A stretch of DNA of 64,000 nt from the NCBI GenBank assembly GCA_902765855.1, contig CACXBF010000002.1:216225-280224 (forward strand), written 5' to 3'. The position numbers and the translations under genes are program-made. This document shows, in pieces, positions 18,806 through 27,035 of this stretch. The notes under the pieces were generated by a model that was not told where the DNA came from, did no database searches, and was given only the letters and a program-made list of their open reading frames with translations. Each line of letters starts with the position of its first letter. Position 1 is the stretch's first letter. Source of the DNA: an uncultured Ruminococcus sp. GTDB taxonomy: Bacteria > Bacillota > Clostridia > Oscillospirales > Acutalibacteraceae.

Positions 18806-19957
18806 ATGAAAAGAATTTTTGGCTCTGTCTTGACTTATGTTAAAAAAACAGATAAACCATTCTGGCTTTTGACAATAACTGCGTCTATATATGGTTTTCT
18901 ATTGATTTATAGTCAACAAAGAAGCGGCGGCACTAATTTTCTTAAAACTCAAATTATGGCTGTTGGAATAGGATATATTGCAGCAGTATTTATATCTTGT
19001 ATAGATTATAGGTTCTATGGCAAGGTTTGGTGGCTTTTTGCAGGTGTAGCAATTTCGTTGACAATACTTGTCTTTTTTATAGGCATACAAATTGCAGGAA
19101 CAGATGATGTTGGTTGGATTAAAATCGGAAGTATGACATTTCAACCATCTGAATTGACTAAAATATGCTTTATAGTAACCTTTGCAAAACACATTTCAGT
19201 TTTGGTTAAATATGATAAGCTAAAAAGTTTTTTTGGTGTTATGACGCTTGTGTTTCACGCAGCAATTCCGATTTTGCTTATTCATATGCAAGGCGATGAC
19301 GGAACAGCTCTTGTTTTTGGGTTTATGTTCCTGATAATGACATTTGCGGCAGGTGTTCAGCTTAGATATTTCATAGCTTTTTTTGTAGCATTGTGTGTAG
19401 CAGCACCTTTGTTTTACACTAAGATTATGAATGATGACCAACGCAACAGACTTCTTGTACTATTTGACCTTGATGATAACAGCTTGACCACATATGGTTG
19501 GCAACAATATCAAGGTAAGGTTTCTATTGCTTCCGGAGGACTTTCAGGTGAGGGCTATATGAATGGTCCACGAGTTGCGAAGGATATAGTTCCATATCAA
19601 GAGAATGATTTTATCTTCACAGTTGCAGGTGAGGAATTTGGCTTTATTGGCTGTACAATTCTTTTGCTGATTTTACTTTTTATTGTGATTAAAACTATGA
19701 GAAATGCACATCTTGCTGATGATGTATTTGGAAAAATGATTTGCTACGGATTTTTCTCAATTATTGCTACTCAGGCGGTTGTTAATATTGGAATGGTTCT
19801 TGGAATTTTCCCTGTTGTTGGAATAACACTTCCGTTTTTTAGTTCTGGCGGAACATCAGTTATGTGTCTGTATTTTGGAGTAGGCCTTGTACAAAGTGTG
19901 TATATGCACAGGGAGGGTAAACATTCACTAAATAAGCTTCATAGAAATCAAGCTTAA
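18806..19957 (+). CDS. FtsW/RodA/SpoVE (SEDS) family peptidoglycan polymerase
   Basis: About 10 TM helices and conserved blocks QPSELTKI, GDDGTALVF and LPFFSSGGTS. Confidence 0.9.
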   Translation: MKRIFGSVLTYVKKTDKPFWLLTITASIYGFLLIYSQQRSGGTNFLKTQIMAVGIGYIAAVFISCIDYRFYGKVWWLFAGVAISLTILVFFIGIQIAGTDDVGWIKIGSMTFQPSELTKICFIVTFAKHISVLVKYDKLKSFFGVMTLVFHAAIPILLIHMQGDDGTALVFGFMFLIMTFAAGVQLRYFIAFFVALCVAAPLFYTKIMNDDQRNRLLVLFDLDDNSLTTYGWQQYQGKVSIASGGLSGEGYMNGPRVAKDIVPYQENDFIFTVAGEEFGFIGCTILLLILLFIVIKTMRNAHLADDVFGKMICYGFFSIIATQAVVNIGMVLGIFPVVGITLPFFSSGGTSVMCLYFGVGLVQSVYMHREGKHSLNKLHRNQA

Positions 19958-19960
19958 AAT

Positions 19961-20001
19961 AAAACAGGTACAACTCATTTTAGGGTTGTACCTGTTTTTT
20001 T
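19961..20001. terminator. Bidirectional intrinsic terminator between convergent genes
   Basis: Stem AAAACAGGTACAAC / GTTGTACCTGTTTT followed by a T-run, with a matching A-run on the other side. Confidence 0.8.
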
Positions 20002-20014
20002 ATCTAAAGTGTTA

Positions 20015-20548
20015 TTATTTATTTTGCCAAAGCACTACATTTCCGCTTTCAAGCGTTTTTTTCATATCTATTATTCGTTGATTGCTTGAACCTCTGAAAC
20101 ATAGTGAAACATCGTAAAGACTTTCTATGAAAGGGCCGTCGACAAGAACATCAATATTCTCAAGAAGTTCATCTGTAATATCGCATCTCCAATAGCCCTC
20201 TGTTTGTAATTCCTTTTCGAGAGTACAGCCGGTATAAAACCATATAGTTTTAGCAGGCAATTCCTTTCTGATACGCTTTATAAAAGGCAGGATTTCTCTT
20301 TGGTTTCTAACCTCAAAAGGTTCTCCTCCAAGCACTGTTAAGCCATTTATATATGACTTTGAAAGTGCCTTAATGATTTCATCTTCTGTTTCTTTGGTAA
20401 ATGGCTTACCATAATTGAAATCCCATGTCTCACTATTGAAACAGTTCTTGCAATGTCTTGTACACCCCGAAACAAAAAGTGAAACTCTGACTCCGGTGCC
20501 ATTTGCTATATCAGTCTTTTTAATATTGCCATAATTCAAAGCCATCAC
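20015..20548 (-). CDS. nrdG: Anaerobic ribonucleoside-triphosphate reductase activating protein (radical SAM)
   Basis: GTGVRVSLFVSGCTRHCKNCFN contains the CxxxCxxC radical-SAM cluster in the NrdG context. Length 177 aa. Confidence 0.85.
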   Translation of the reverse strand: MMALNYGNIKKTDIANGTGVRVSLFVSGCTRHCKNCFNSETWDFNYGKPFTKETEDEIIKALSKSYINGLTVLGGEPFEVRNQREILPFIKRIRKELPAKTIWFYTGCTLEKELQTEGYWRCDITDELLENIDVLVDGPFIESLYDVSLCFRGSSNQRIIDMKKTLESGNVVLWQNK

Positions 20549-20616
20549 CGCTTTTCTAAGAATTACAAATTATTATAGCATACTCATCTTAAAAAATAAA
20601 GTGTATTATGAGAAGG

Positions 20617-21741
20617 TTAATCATTATAATAAAGATTTGTTTTCTTTTCCTTATCAAAAATATGCAATGCCTTATTATTAAAACCGACTGTAATTTTATC
20701 TCCGGGTTGATAGAAGATAGATTCTGCGTCTGCGTCAAGAGCAGGAATACGAATTGCAGTATCCTTATTATCAATATAAGCGTGAAGATGAACTTCATTA
20801 CCAAGCATTTCGCTTACTTCTACAATAGTATCAACGGATAATGGACTACCTTGTGGTACTATTGCAAGATTTTCAGCTCTTACACCAAGTATTACCGGCA
20901 TAGGCTTAACATTATTTTTAGTATAAACTTCCTGCATTTTGTCATTAAGTCTGATAACCATACCTAATAATTTTACAGAATATCCGTTTTCATCTTTGAT
21001 AAGCTCTGCATCAAAGAAATTCATTTGAGGCGTGCCGATAAAGCCTGCAACAAATATATTTCTTGGGAAGTGGAATACTTCTATCGGAGTTCCGACCTGC
21101 TGAATAAAGCCGTCTTTCATAATAACTATTCTGTCGCCGAGTGTCATAGCCTCAACTTGGTCATGAGTAACATAAATAAATGTTGTACCCAATCTTTGAT
21201 GAAGCTTTGAGATTTCTGTTCTTGTTTGAGCTCTCAATTTTGCGTCGAGATTGGAGAGAGGTTCGTCAAGTAAAAAAACCTTCGGGTCACGAACTATTGC
21301 ACGACCGATAGCTACACGCTGACGCTGACCGCCTGAGAGAGCCTTTGGTTTTCTTTGCAGGAACTCTGTAATTCCAAGAATCTCCGCTGCTTCTCGAACT
21401 CGTCTGTCAATCTCTTCACGAGGTACTTTCCTTAGCTTTATTGAAAAAGCCATATTATTATAAACTGTCATATGAGGATAAAGTGCATAGTTTTGGAAAA
21501 CCATAGCAATATCTCTATCTTTCGGAGCAACATTATTAACAAGTGTATCGCCTATATATAATTCACCGTCAGTAATGCTTTCAAGACCTGCAACCATTCT
21601 CAAAGTGGTTGATTTTCCACAACCTGATGGTCCGACGAATACAACAAATTCCTTATCCTTTATATCAAGATTAAAATCGTGAACAGCTACTACATTGCCG
21701 TCATAAACCTTTTTTATATTGCGGAATGACAAATCTGCCAT
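20617..21741 (-). CDS. Sugar ABC transporter ATP-binding protein (MsmK/UgpC/MalK type)
   Basis: Walker A GPSGCGKST, signature LSGGQRQR, and a C-terminal regulatory/TOBE-like extension. Confidence 0.9.
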   Translation of the reverse strand: MADLSFRNIKKVYDGNVVAVHDFNLDIKDKEFVVFVGPSGCGKSTTLRMVAGLESITDGELYIGDTLVNNVAPKDRDIAMVFQNYALYPHMTVYNNMAFSIKLRKVPREEIDRRVREAAEILGITEFLQRKPKALSGGQRQRVAIGRAIVRDPKVFLLDEPLSNLDAKLRAQTRTEISKLHQRLGTTFIYVTHDQVEAMTLGDRIVIMKDGFIQQVGTPIEVFHFPRNIFVAGFIGTPQMNFFDAELIKDENGYSVKLLGMVIRLNDKMQEVYTKNNVKPMPVILGVRAENLAIVPQGSPLSVDTIVEVSEMLGNEVHLHAYIDNKDTAIRIPALDADAESIFYQPGDKITVGFNNKALHIFDKEKKTNLYYND

Positions 21742-22445
21742 TATAAATCTCCTTCTTTCGTTTTATTATGAGGGGTTATTACATATTTTTCAATCTGTGG
21801 CCATGAATTAAATGACGCTGTAAAGTTCATTATTGAAAAACCAAATACTATCGGCAGAAATAATCCTACTGGAAAGTAGCCTATTGCTACAAATATAATT
21901 GCTGCCTGAACTATCATTGTAACAAGAGTTCCAAATGGTTTTATGAGATATAGTGCCAAAGCATTTTTTATTATCTGCTTAAGTGATAGGTCAACAGACG
22001 CTATCATAACATATACATAATTGGAAATCGCAAAGAACATTATCGCAACCGCCAAAACCAACGCTACAAGAATTGCTGAGAATGTAGAATTATCTATCAT
22101 CTTTGAGTAAACACCTATTGCAACATATGCAAGAGCTATAAATGCAAGCTGAATTGCTGCAAAAGTTGTATTTTTCTTCCATTCCTGTTTAAAACCCTTC
22201 ATAAAATCGTCTATTACATATGCCTGTTCATCTCTTGCAAAACGGCTCATAACTCTTGTTAAACCGCCGATTGCAGCAGGGATTGTAACTATTGGAATAC
22301 AAAAAAGTATAAACAGAAGATTTGCTCCGATTATACGCCAGAAGGCTTCATAAAAAAGCATAAGATATAGGGTTATTCTGTGTTTAGGATAGCGTGTTTT
22401 TTTATCATAATCTTTCTGTGGCGCTTTATCCTTTGCGAGTATCAT
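21741..22445 (-). CDS. DUF624 (YesL-family) integral membrane protein
   Basis: Six-TM protein with the N-terminal FWRIIGANLLFILFCIPIVTIPAA pattern typical of YesL-like proteins embedded in sugar ABC operons. Confidence 0.7.
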   Translation of the reverse strand: MILAKDKAPQKDYDKKTRYPKHRITLYLMLFYEAFWRIIGANLLFILFCIPIVTIPAAIGGLTRVMSRFARDEQAYVIDDFMKGFKQEWKKNTTFAAIQLAFIALAYVAIGVYSKMIDNSTFSAILVALVLAVAIMFFAISNYVYVMIASVDLSLKQIIKNALALYLIKPFGTLVTMIVQAAIIFVAIGYFPVGLFLPIVFGFSIMNFTASFNSWPQIEKYVITPHNKTKEGDL

Positions 22446-22479
22446 AATTGCTTCATTCCTTTTTATAATCTATTATGTA

Positions 22480-23355
22480 TTATTTAATAGCACCGTCAAC
22501 AACGCCCTTGATAATCTTCTTTTGTGCGATAAGATAGAAGATAACAACCGGCAGCATTGAGAGTATAAGTGCGGCTGTCGCAATATCCCAGCTACTTGTA
22601 AATGTGCTGAAGAATTTACTTGTCTGAAGCGGAAGTGTATACCATGATTGTTCTTTAAGTACAAGGCTTGGCAAGAGATAGTCATTCCAAATCCACATAA
22701 TCTGAAGAATCGCAACAGTTGTGTTTATAGGAGAGAGAAGAGGGAAGACTATTTTCCAAAAAGTCTTAAACATACTACAACCGTCAATCATAGCAGCTTC
22801 TTCAAGTTCCTCCGGAACCCCTTTTATAAATCCGTGATACAGCATAATCGCCATACTGCAGCCAAAGCCCAGATAAGTAAATACTAAGCCGAAAGGATTA
22901 AGTATATTAAGACCGTTAAGTGCAAAGGTTGCATCTCCAAGTGTTATTGAAAAAACTTCTTTGCTTCCCATAATAGACATAAGAGGGAGCATTACACACT
23001 GAAAAGGTATCAAAAGTGCGACTGCAAAAAGAATAAACATAACCTTTGAAATCTTTGTTTTATATCTGACAAGAACCCATGCTGCCATTGAGGAAAATAG
23101 CAGTATCAAAGCCGTAGAAACTACAGTTATCCATACAGAATTCCAAAGAGAATTGAAGAAGTTCATTTTCTCCATAGCTTTTGGGTAGTTATCAAATATA
23201 AACGGATTTGGCCAACCAAGAACATCTGTGAGTATACCCCTTTGGTTCTTGAAGGAGTCCATTAAAAGTATAAAAATAGGAAGCAAAAATAAAATCGCTA
23301 CTAAAAAACCTATTACTATTTTCAGATATTTAAAGAATTTATTTTCACCCGTCAT
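22480..23355 (-). CDS. Carbohydrate ABC transporter permease
   Basis: EAA-loop region EELEEAAMIDGCSMFKTFWKIVFP, six TM helices. Confidence 0.9.
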   Translation of the reverse strand: MTGENKFFKYLKIVIGFLVAILFLLPIFILLMDSFKNQRGILTDVLGWPNPFIFDNYPKAMEKMNFFNSLWNSVWITVVSTALILLFSSMAAWVLVRYKTKISKVMFILFAVALLIPFQCVMLPLMSIMGSKEVFSITLGDATFALNGLNILNPFGLVFTYLGFGCSMAIMLYHGFIKGVPEELEEAAMIDGCSMFKTFWKIVFPLLSPINTTVAILQIMWIWNDYLLPSLVLKEQSWYTLPLQTSKFFSTFTSSWDIATAALILSMLPVVIFYLIAQKKIIKGVVDGAIK

Positions 23356-24218
23356 GTTTCTACCTCCGCTCTCTTAGTAGCGATAAGCTGAATTATAGAG
23401 ATTGTTGCAACTGAGATAAGGAAGATTACTGCCTTAGCCTGTGCATAGCCTGTTTCGTTAGAAACAAACGCCGAGTTATAAATATTCAGTGCAAGCATTT
23501 CATTGCAGTGGTTAGGACCGCCCTTTGTAAGTGCAAGGTTTTGGTCGAAAAGCTTGAATGAGTTTGAAAGCATAAGGAAAAGACCAACTGTAAATGCAGG
23601 AACAACCATAGGAATTGTTATGCTAAAGAGTCTTCTCCAACCGCCTGCACCGTCTATCGCAGAAGCTTCTATAACGCTGTCTGGAATATTCTGTATTGCG
23701 GCGATATAAATAATCATCATATATCCGCCCATCTGCCAGACCATAACTATAAGCAATGCGAAAAATCCTGTTGTGCTGTCTGTCAACCAGTTACGGAAAA
23801 ACTCCATTCCTGTAGCAGTATAAATTGCATTGAAAACCTGCTTGAAAATAAACTGCCATGCAAAGCCTAAAAGCAAACCGCCTATAAGGTTAGGCATAAA
23901 GAATATTCCTCGAAGTAGAGTTGCTCCACGGAATTTCTTAGTTACGAGAAGTGCCAGTGCAAAGCCTACTACATTGATACATATAACAGCTGTTACAGCA
24001 AAAAGTGCTGTGTAACCAAAAGAATACCAGAAATTTGAATTATCATTTGTAAAAAGTTTAATATAATTTTCAAAGCCTATAAAATTAGCGTTTCCTGAGC
24101 CTTTCCAGTCTGTTAATGAATAGTAGATACCTATAATTGTAGGAATCAGAACTACTATTGCAAAGGAAATCAAACATGGTGCAAGAAAAAGCCAAAAACC
24201 CAATTTGGAGCGTTTCAT
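23352..24218 (-). CDS. Carbohydrate ABC transporter permease
   Basis: EAA loop VIEASAIDGAGGWRRLFSITIP. Start set at MKRSKLGFW (24218), preceded by GGAGGAAAC. The ORF-track extension to 24278 lacks an RBS. Confidence 0.9.
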   Translation of the reverse strand: MKRSKLGFWLFLAPCLISFAIVVLIPTIIGIYYSLTDWKGSGNANFIGFENYIKLFTNDNSNFWYSFGYTALFAVTAVICINVVGFALALLVTKKFRGATLLRGIFFMPNLIGGLLLGFAWQFIFKQVFNAIYTATGMEFFRNWLTDSTTGFFALLIVMVWQMGGYMMIIYIAAIQNIPDSVIEASAIDGAGGWRRLFSITIPMVVPAFTVGLFLMLSNSFKLFDQNLALTKGGPNHCNEMLALNIYNSAFVSNETGYAQAKAVIFLISVATISIIQLIATKRAEVET

Positions 24219-24333
24219 AGTGTTGTTTCCTCCATTTCTTAAAAAACAAAAGAGATGCGATAGACCTATCCACCGCACCCCTTTTAATAATTATTATAAA
24301 TTTATGTTACGTCGGTTTATTTTTTCGTACTAA

Positions 24334-25719
24334 TTATTTTTTAGCCTCTGCCCAGCCATCTTGTGCTGTTTTAACAACTTCGTCCCAAGTCTTTTCACCA
24401 GAGATATATGCCTGAACTGCTGCACCGAATACATTTTGTCCCCAGCCATCAGGTGTGCCCTTAAATACTGCGTTAACTACCTTACCAGAAGAACTAAGAT
24501 CTACAACTGCTTTTGAAAGTGGATCTGATGGTGTGAGGTCGCCATAGTTATCGAATACTGGAATAAATCCAAAGCTATTTACGATTATATCCTTACCCTC
24601 ATCACTCTGATAGAGCCAGTTGAGGAAATCTTTTGCAGCGGTCTTTTCAGCATCGCTTGCCTTAGAGTTAACTGTCCAATACTGAGAAAGAATAGAAACC
24701 ATAGCAGCGTCTTGATTATCTCCGCCGATAGGCATAGGAAGAAGTGTAAGATTTTTAGCTGTTGCTTCATCAATCTTATTGATTTCACCATATGCCCAGT
24801 TACCCTGCTGAATAACTGCAACCTTACCTGTTGCAATATCAGGAATAGCGTTGCCTGAATATGTATAGGTTACAGCACCCTTCTTATTATCTGCAAATTC
24901 AGAATATTTGAGCATCATATCGGTATAATCTTTATATGTATTGGCATATTTCATTTCGATTGTTTTTGAATTATATGCCTTAAATGGGTCGCCTTCAAAT
25001 TCAGGAACAAGGAAGATATTTTCTGCATGGTCACCAAGAACCCATGTTTCTGCACCCTGAACGGCTGTTACAGATTTAAGATTCTTACAGCTGTCTACAT
25101 TTGAAAGAGAACCGTCCTTAATTTTTGCATCAAGTTTTGAGAATGCGTCATCAAAATCTTTCATAGATTTAAGATTTGAAATATCAATACCTGCGTCATC
25201 AAAAATCTTCTTGTTTACAACAAGTCCAAGTCCTTCTGTTGAAACCGGCAAGCCATAAACCTTACCATCAACTGTCAGAAGGTCAAGAGAACCCTTTGTT
25301 GCGTGGCTAACCCATGGTTGGTCGCTAAGGTCTTCAAGATAATCCTTATAAACTTCATATTCAGATGGACCGATTGCATTAAAGATAGTCGGCATTGTAC
25401 CTGCGGACATATCTGCTTTAAGAACTGTACCAATATCTGTACCAGCACCGATTGACTGATATGTAATAGTTACATTTGGAGCTACACTCTTATATTTTTC
25501 AATAGCTTTTCCAAGCTGCTCATCAATTTCTGCCTTAAACTGCTTAATAGTAATAGTTACAGGTTCATTAGAAGAGGATTTGGAATCTGTGCTGCTTGTA
25601 GTTGAACTTCCTCCTGTAGAACTTGTACCATCGCTTTTAGAAACGCTACAACCTGTAAGGGCTGCTGTGGAACAAATAGATGCTACGAGTAATGCTGCTA
25701 AGATTTTCTTTACTTTCAT
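24334..25719 (-). CDS. Extracellular sugar-binding lipoprotein of the ABC transporter
   Basis: Signal peptide with lipobox LTGC and a Ser/Thr-rich linker, then a family-1 solute-binding protein of typical length. Confidence 0.85.
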   Translation of the reverse strand: MKVKKILAALLVASICSTAALTGCSVSKSDGTSSTGGSSTTSSTDSKSSSNEPVTITIKQFKAEIDEQLGKAIEKYKSVAPNVTITYQSIGAGTDIGTVLKADMSAGTMPTIFNAIGPSEYEVYKDYLEDLSDQPWVSHATKGSLDLLTVDGKVYGLPVSTEGLGLVVNKKIFDDAGIDISNLKSMKDFDDAFSKLDAKIKDGSLSNVDSCKNLKSVTAVQGAETWVLGDHAENIFLVPEFEGDPFKAYNSKTIEMKYANTYKDYTDMMLKYSEFADNKKGAVTYTYSGNAIPDIATGKVAVIQQGNWAYGEINKIDEATAKNLTLLPMPIGGDNQDAAMVSILSQYWTVNSKASDAEKTAAKDFLNWLYQSDEGKDIIVNSFGFIPVFDNYGDLTPSDPLSKAVVDLSSSGKVVNAVFKGTPDGWGQNVFGAAVQAYISGEKTWDEVVKTAQDGWAEAKK

Positions 25720-26112
25720 TGGTTTTTCTCTCCTTATATAATTTTTTGCGAGTAAAGTTTATTTTACTTTACTGCCCCCTTGCTAAAATTATAGTTTACT
25801 TAAACCATAAAAGTCAACCTATTTAAAAGTTTTTATACATTTTCTATATTCAGAGCTGAAAAGCAAGCCAAAACTAAGGCTTTTTCTCTGTTTTGCCGAA
25901 AAATTTTCTATTATTGCCAAGTAAAAAGCGTTTTATTTGTGCAATTCGTTCAGTAAATAATATAAATATACTCAAAGCACAATAAGGATATATTTAATAT
26001 AAACATATTTGATTATTTTGCTTTCGAAAAATTTACTATATTTTACATATAATATTTGACATAACAATTTTGAAATGCTATCATTTTATAAAATACTCAA
26101 GGAAGTGTATAT

Positions 26113-26931
26113 GTGATTATTGATATTCATGTTCACATAGGTTCATCATTAGATTTTAATTTATCTGAAGAAGATGTTTTATATTCAATGAAAACTTATA
26201 ATATTGATTATGCCATTATTTCAAATATTGATGCTGTTGAATACTCGTCCGATTTAACCGAGTTACCTATTGAAATGCAAAAGCCACAGCTTGAATGTCT
26301 TAACGATTGCATTAAAATAGCAAGAAAAAATCCTGATAAATTAGGTGTGGCATTTTGGTTTAAACCACATGCAGAAAGACTTACCCAAGAAATTAAAGAT
26401 ACTGTAAAAGCTAATCTTGACATAATCAAAGCTTTAAAGCTTCACCCTTATTATAGTAAGACCTCAACGGATAGTCCTGAAGTTGAAGAATATCTCCGTT
26501 TTGCAGAGAAACTTAATTTACCTATAATAATCCATACCGGCGGCTGTAAAGAGGCAGAACCTATCACTGTATATAATGCGGCAAAGAAATTTCCTAAGGT
26601 TAAGTTTATTATGGCTCATATGGGACTTGGCAGTGATAATTCAGAATCGATAAAACTTATAAGCAGTTTGCTAAATTTATATGGTGATACTGCATGGGTA
26701 CCAATTAAAAGTGCAATTTCTCTTATAAAGAATTCCTCATCAGAAAAACTATTCTTTGGCAGTGATAATCCAATAGATGGCAAAGACACCTATCTTCATA
26801 ATAAAACTGGAGACCGTAGTCTTTATCAGGAATATTTTAATGAGCTTAAAGAACTTATCTCCGAAAATGACTACAATAATATTATGTATAAAAATGCGGT
26901 AAGAGTATTTAATCTTCCTTTTAATATATAA
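26113..26931 (+). CDS. Amidohydrolase-family (TIM-barrel metal-dependent) hydrolase
   Basis: N-terminal IIDIHVHIG metal-binding motif, later HTGG and AHMG histidines. Length 272 aa. Confidence 0.7.
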   Translation: MIIDIHVHIGSSLDFNLSEEDVLYSMKTYNIDYAIISNIDAVEYSSDLTELPIEMQKPQLECLNDCIKIARKNPDKLGVAFWFKPHAERLTQEIKDTVKANLDIIKALKLHPYYSKTSTDSPEVEEYLRFAEKLNLPIIIHTGGCKEAEPITVYNAAKKFPKVKFIMAHMGLGSDNSESIKLISSLLNLYGDTAWVPIKSAISLIKNSSSEKLFFGSDNPIDGKDTYLHNKTGDRSLYQEYFNELKELISENDYNNIMYKNAVRVFNLPFNI

Positions 26932-26940
26932 ATTTCAGAG

Positions 26941-26976
26941 CATAACATTTCAGAAATAGAGATGTTATGTTTTTTA
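26941..26976 (+). terminator. Intrinsic terminator (member of a repeated hairpin family, see 37165..37205)
   Basis: Stem CATAACATTTC / GAGATGTTATG (one G-U pair), loop AGAAATA, then TTTTTT. Confidence 0.75.
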
Positions 26977-27035
26977 TTTAATGATTATTTAATAATTGCT
27001 ATGCTATAATCATTTACAGAAAGCGAGGAGGTAAT

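Noticed and set aside
25720-26112. Catabolite-responsive element (cre) or a LacI/AraC-type regulator associated with the sugar ABC operon.
   Set aside because: No sequence fits the central CG of the cre consensus, and no regulator gene is adjacent. Only a plausible promoter (TTGACT-18-TATAAT on the minus strand, near 25789..25820) was seen.
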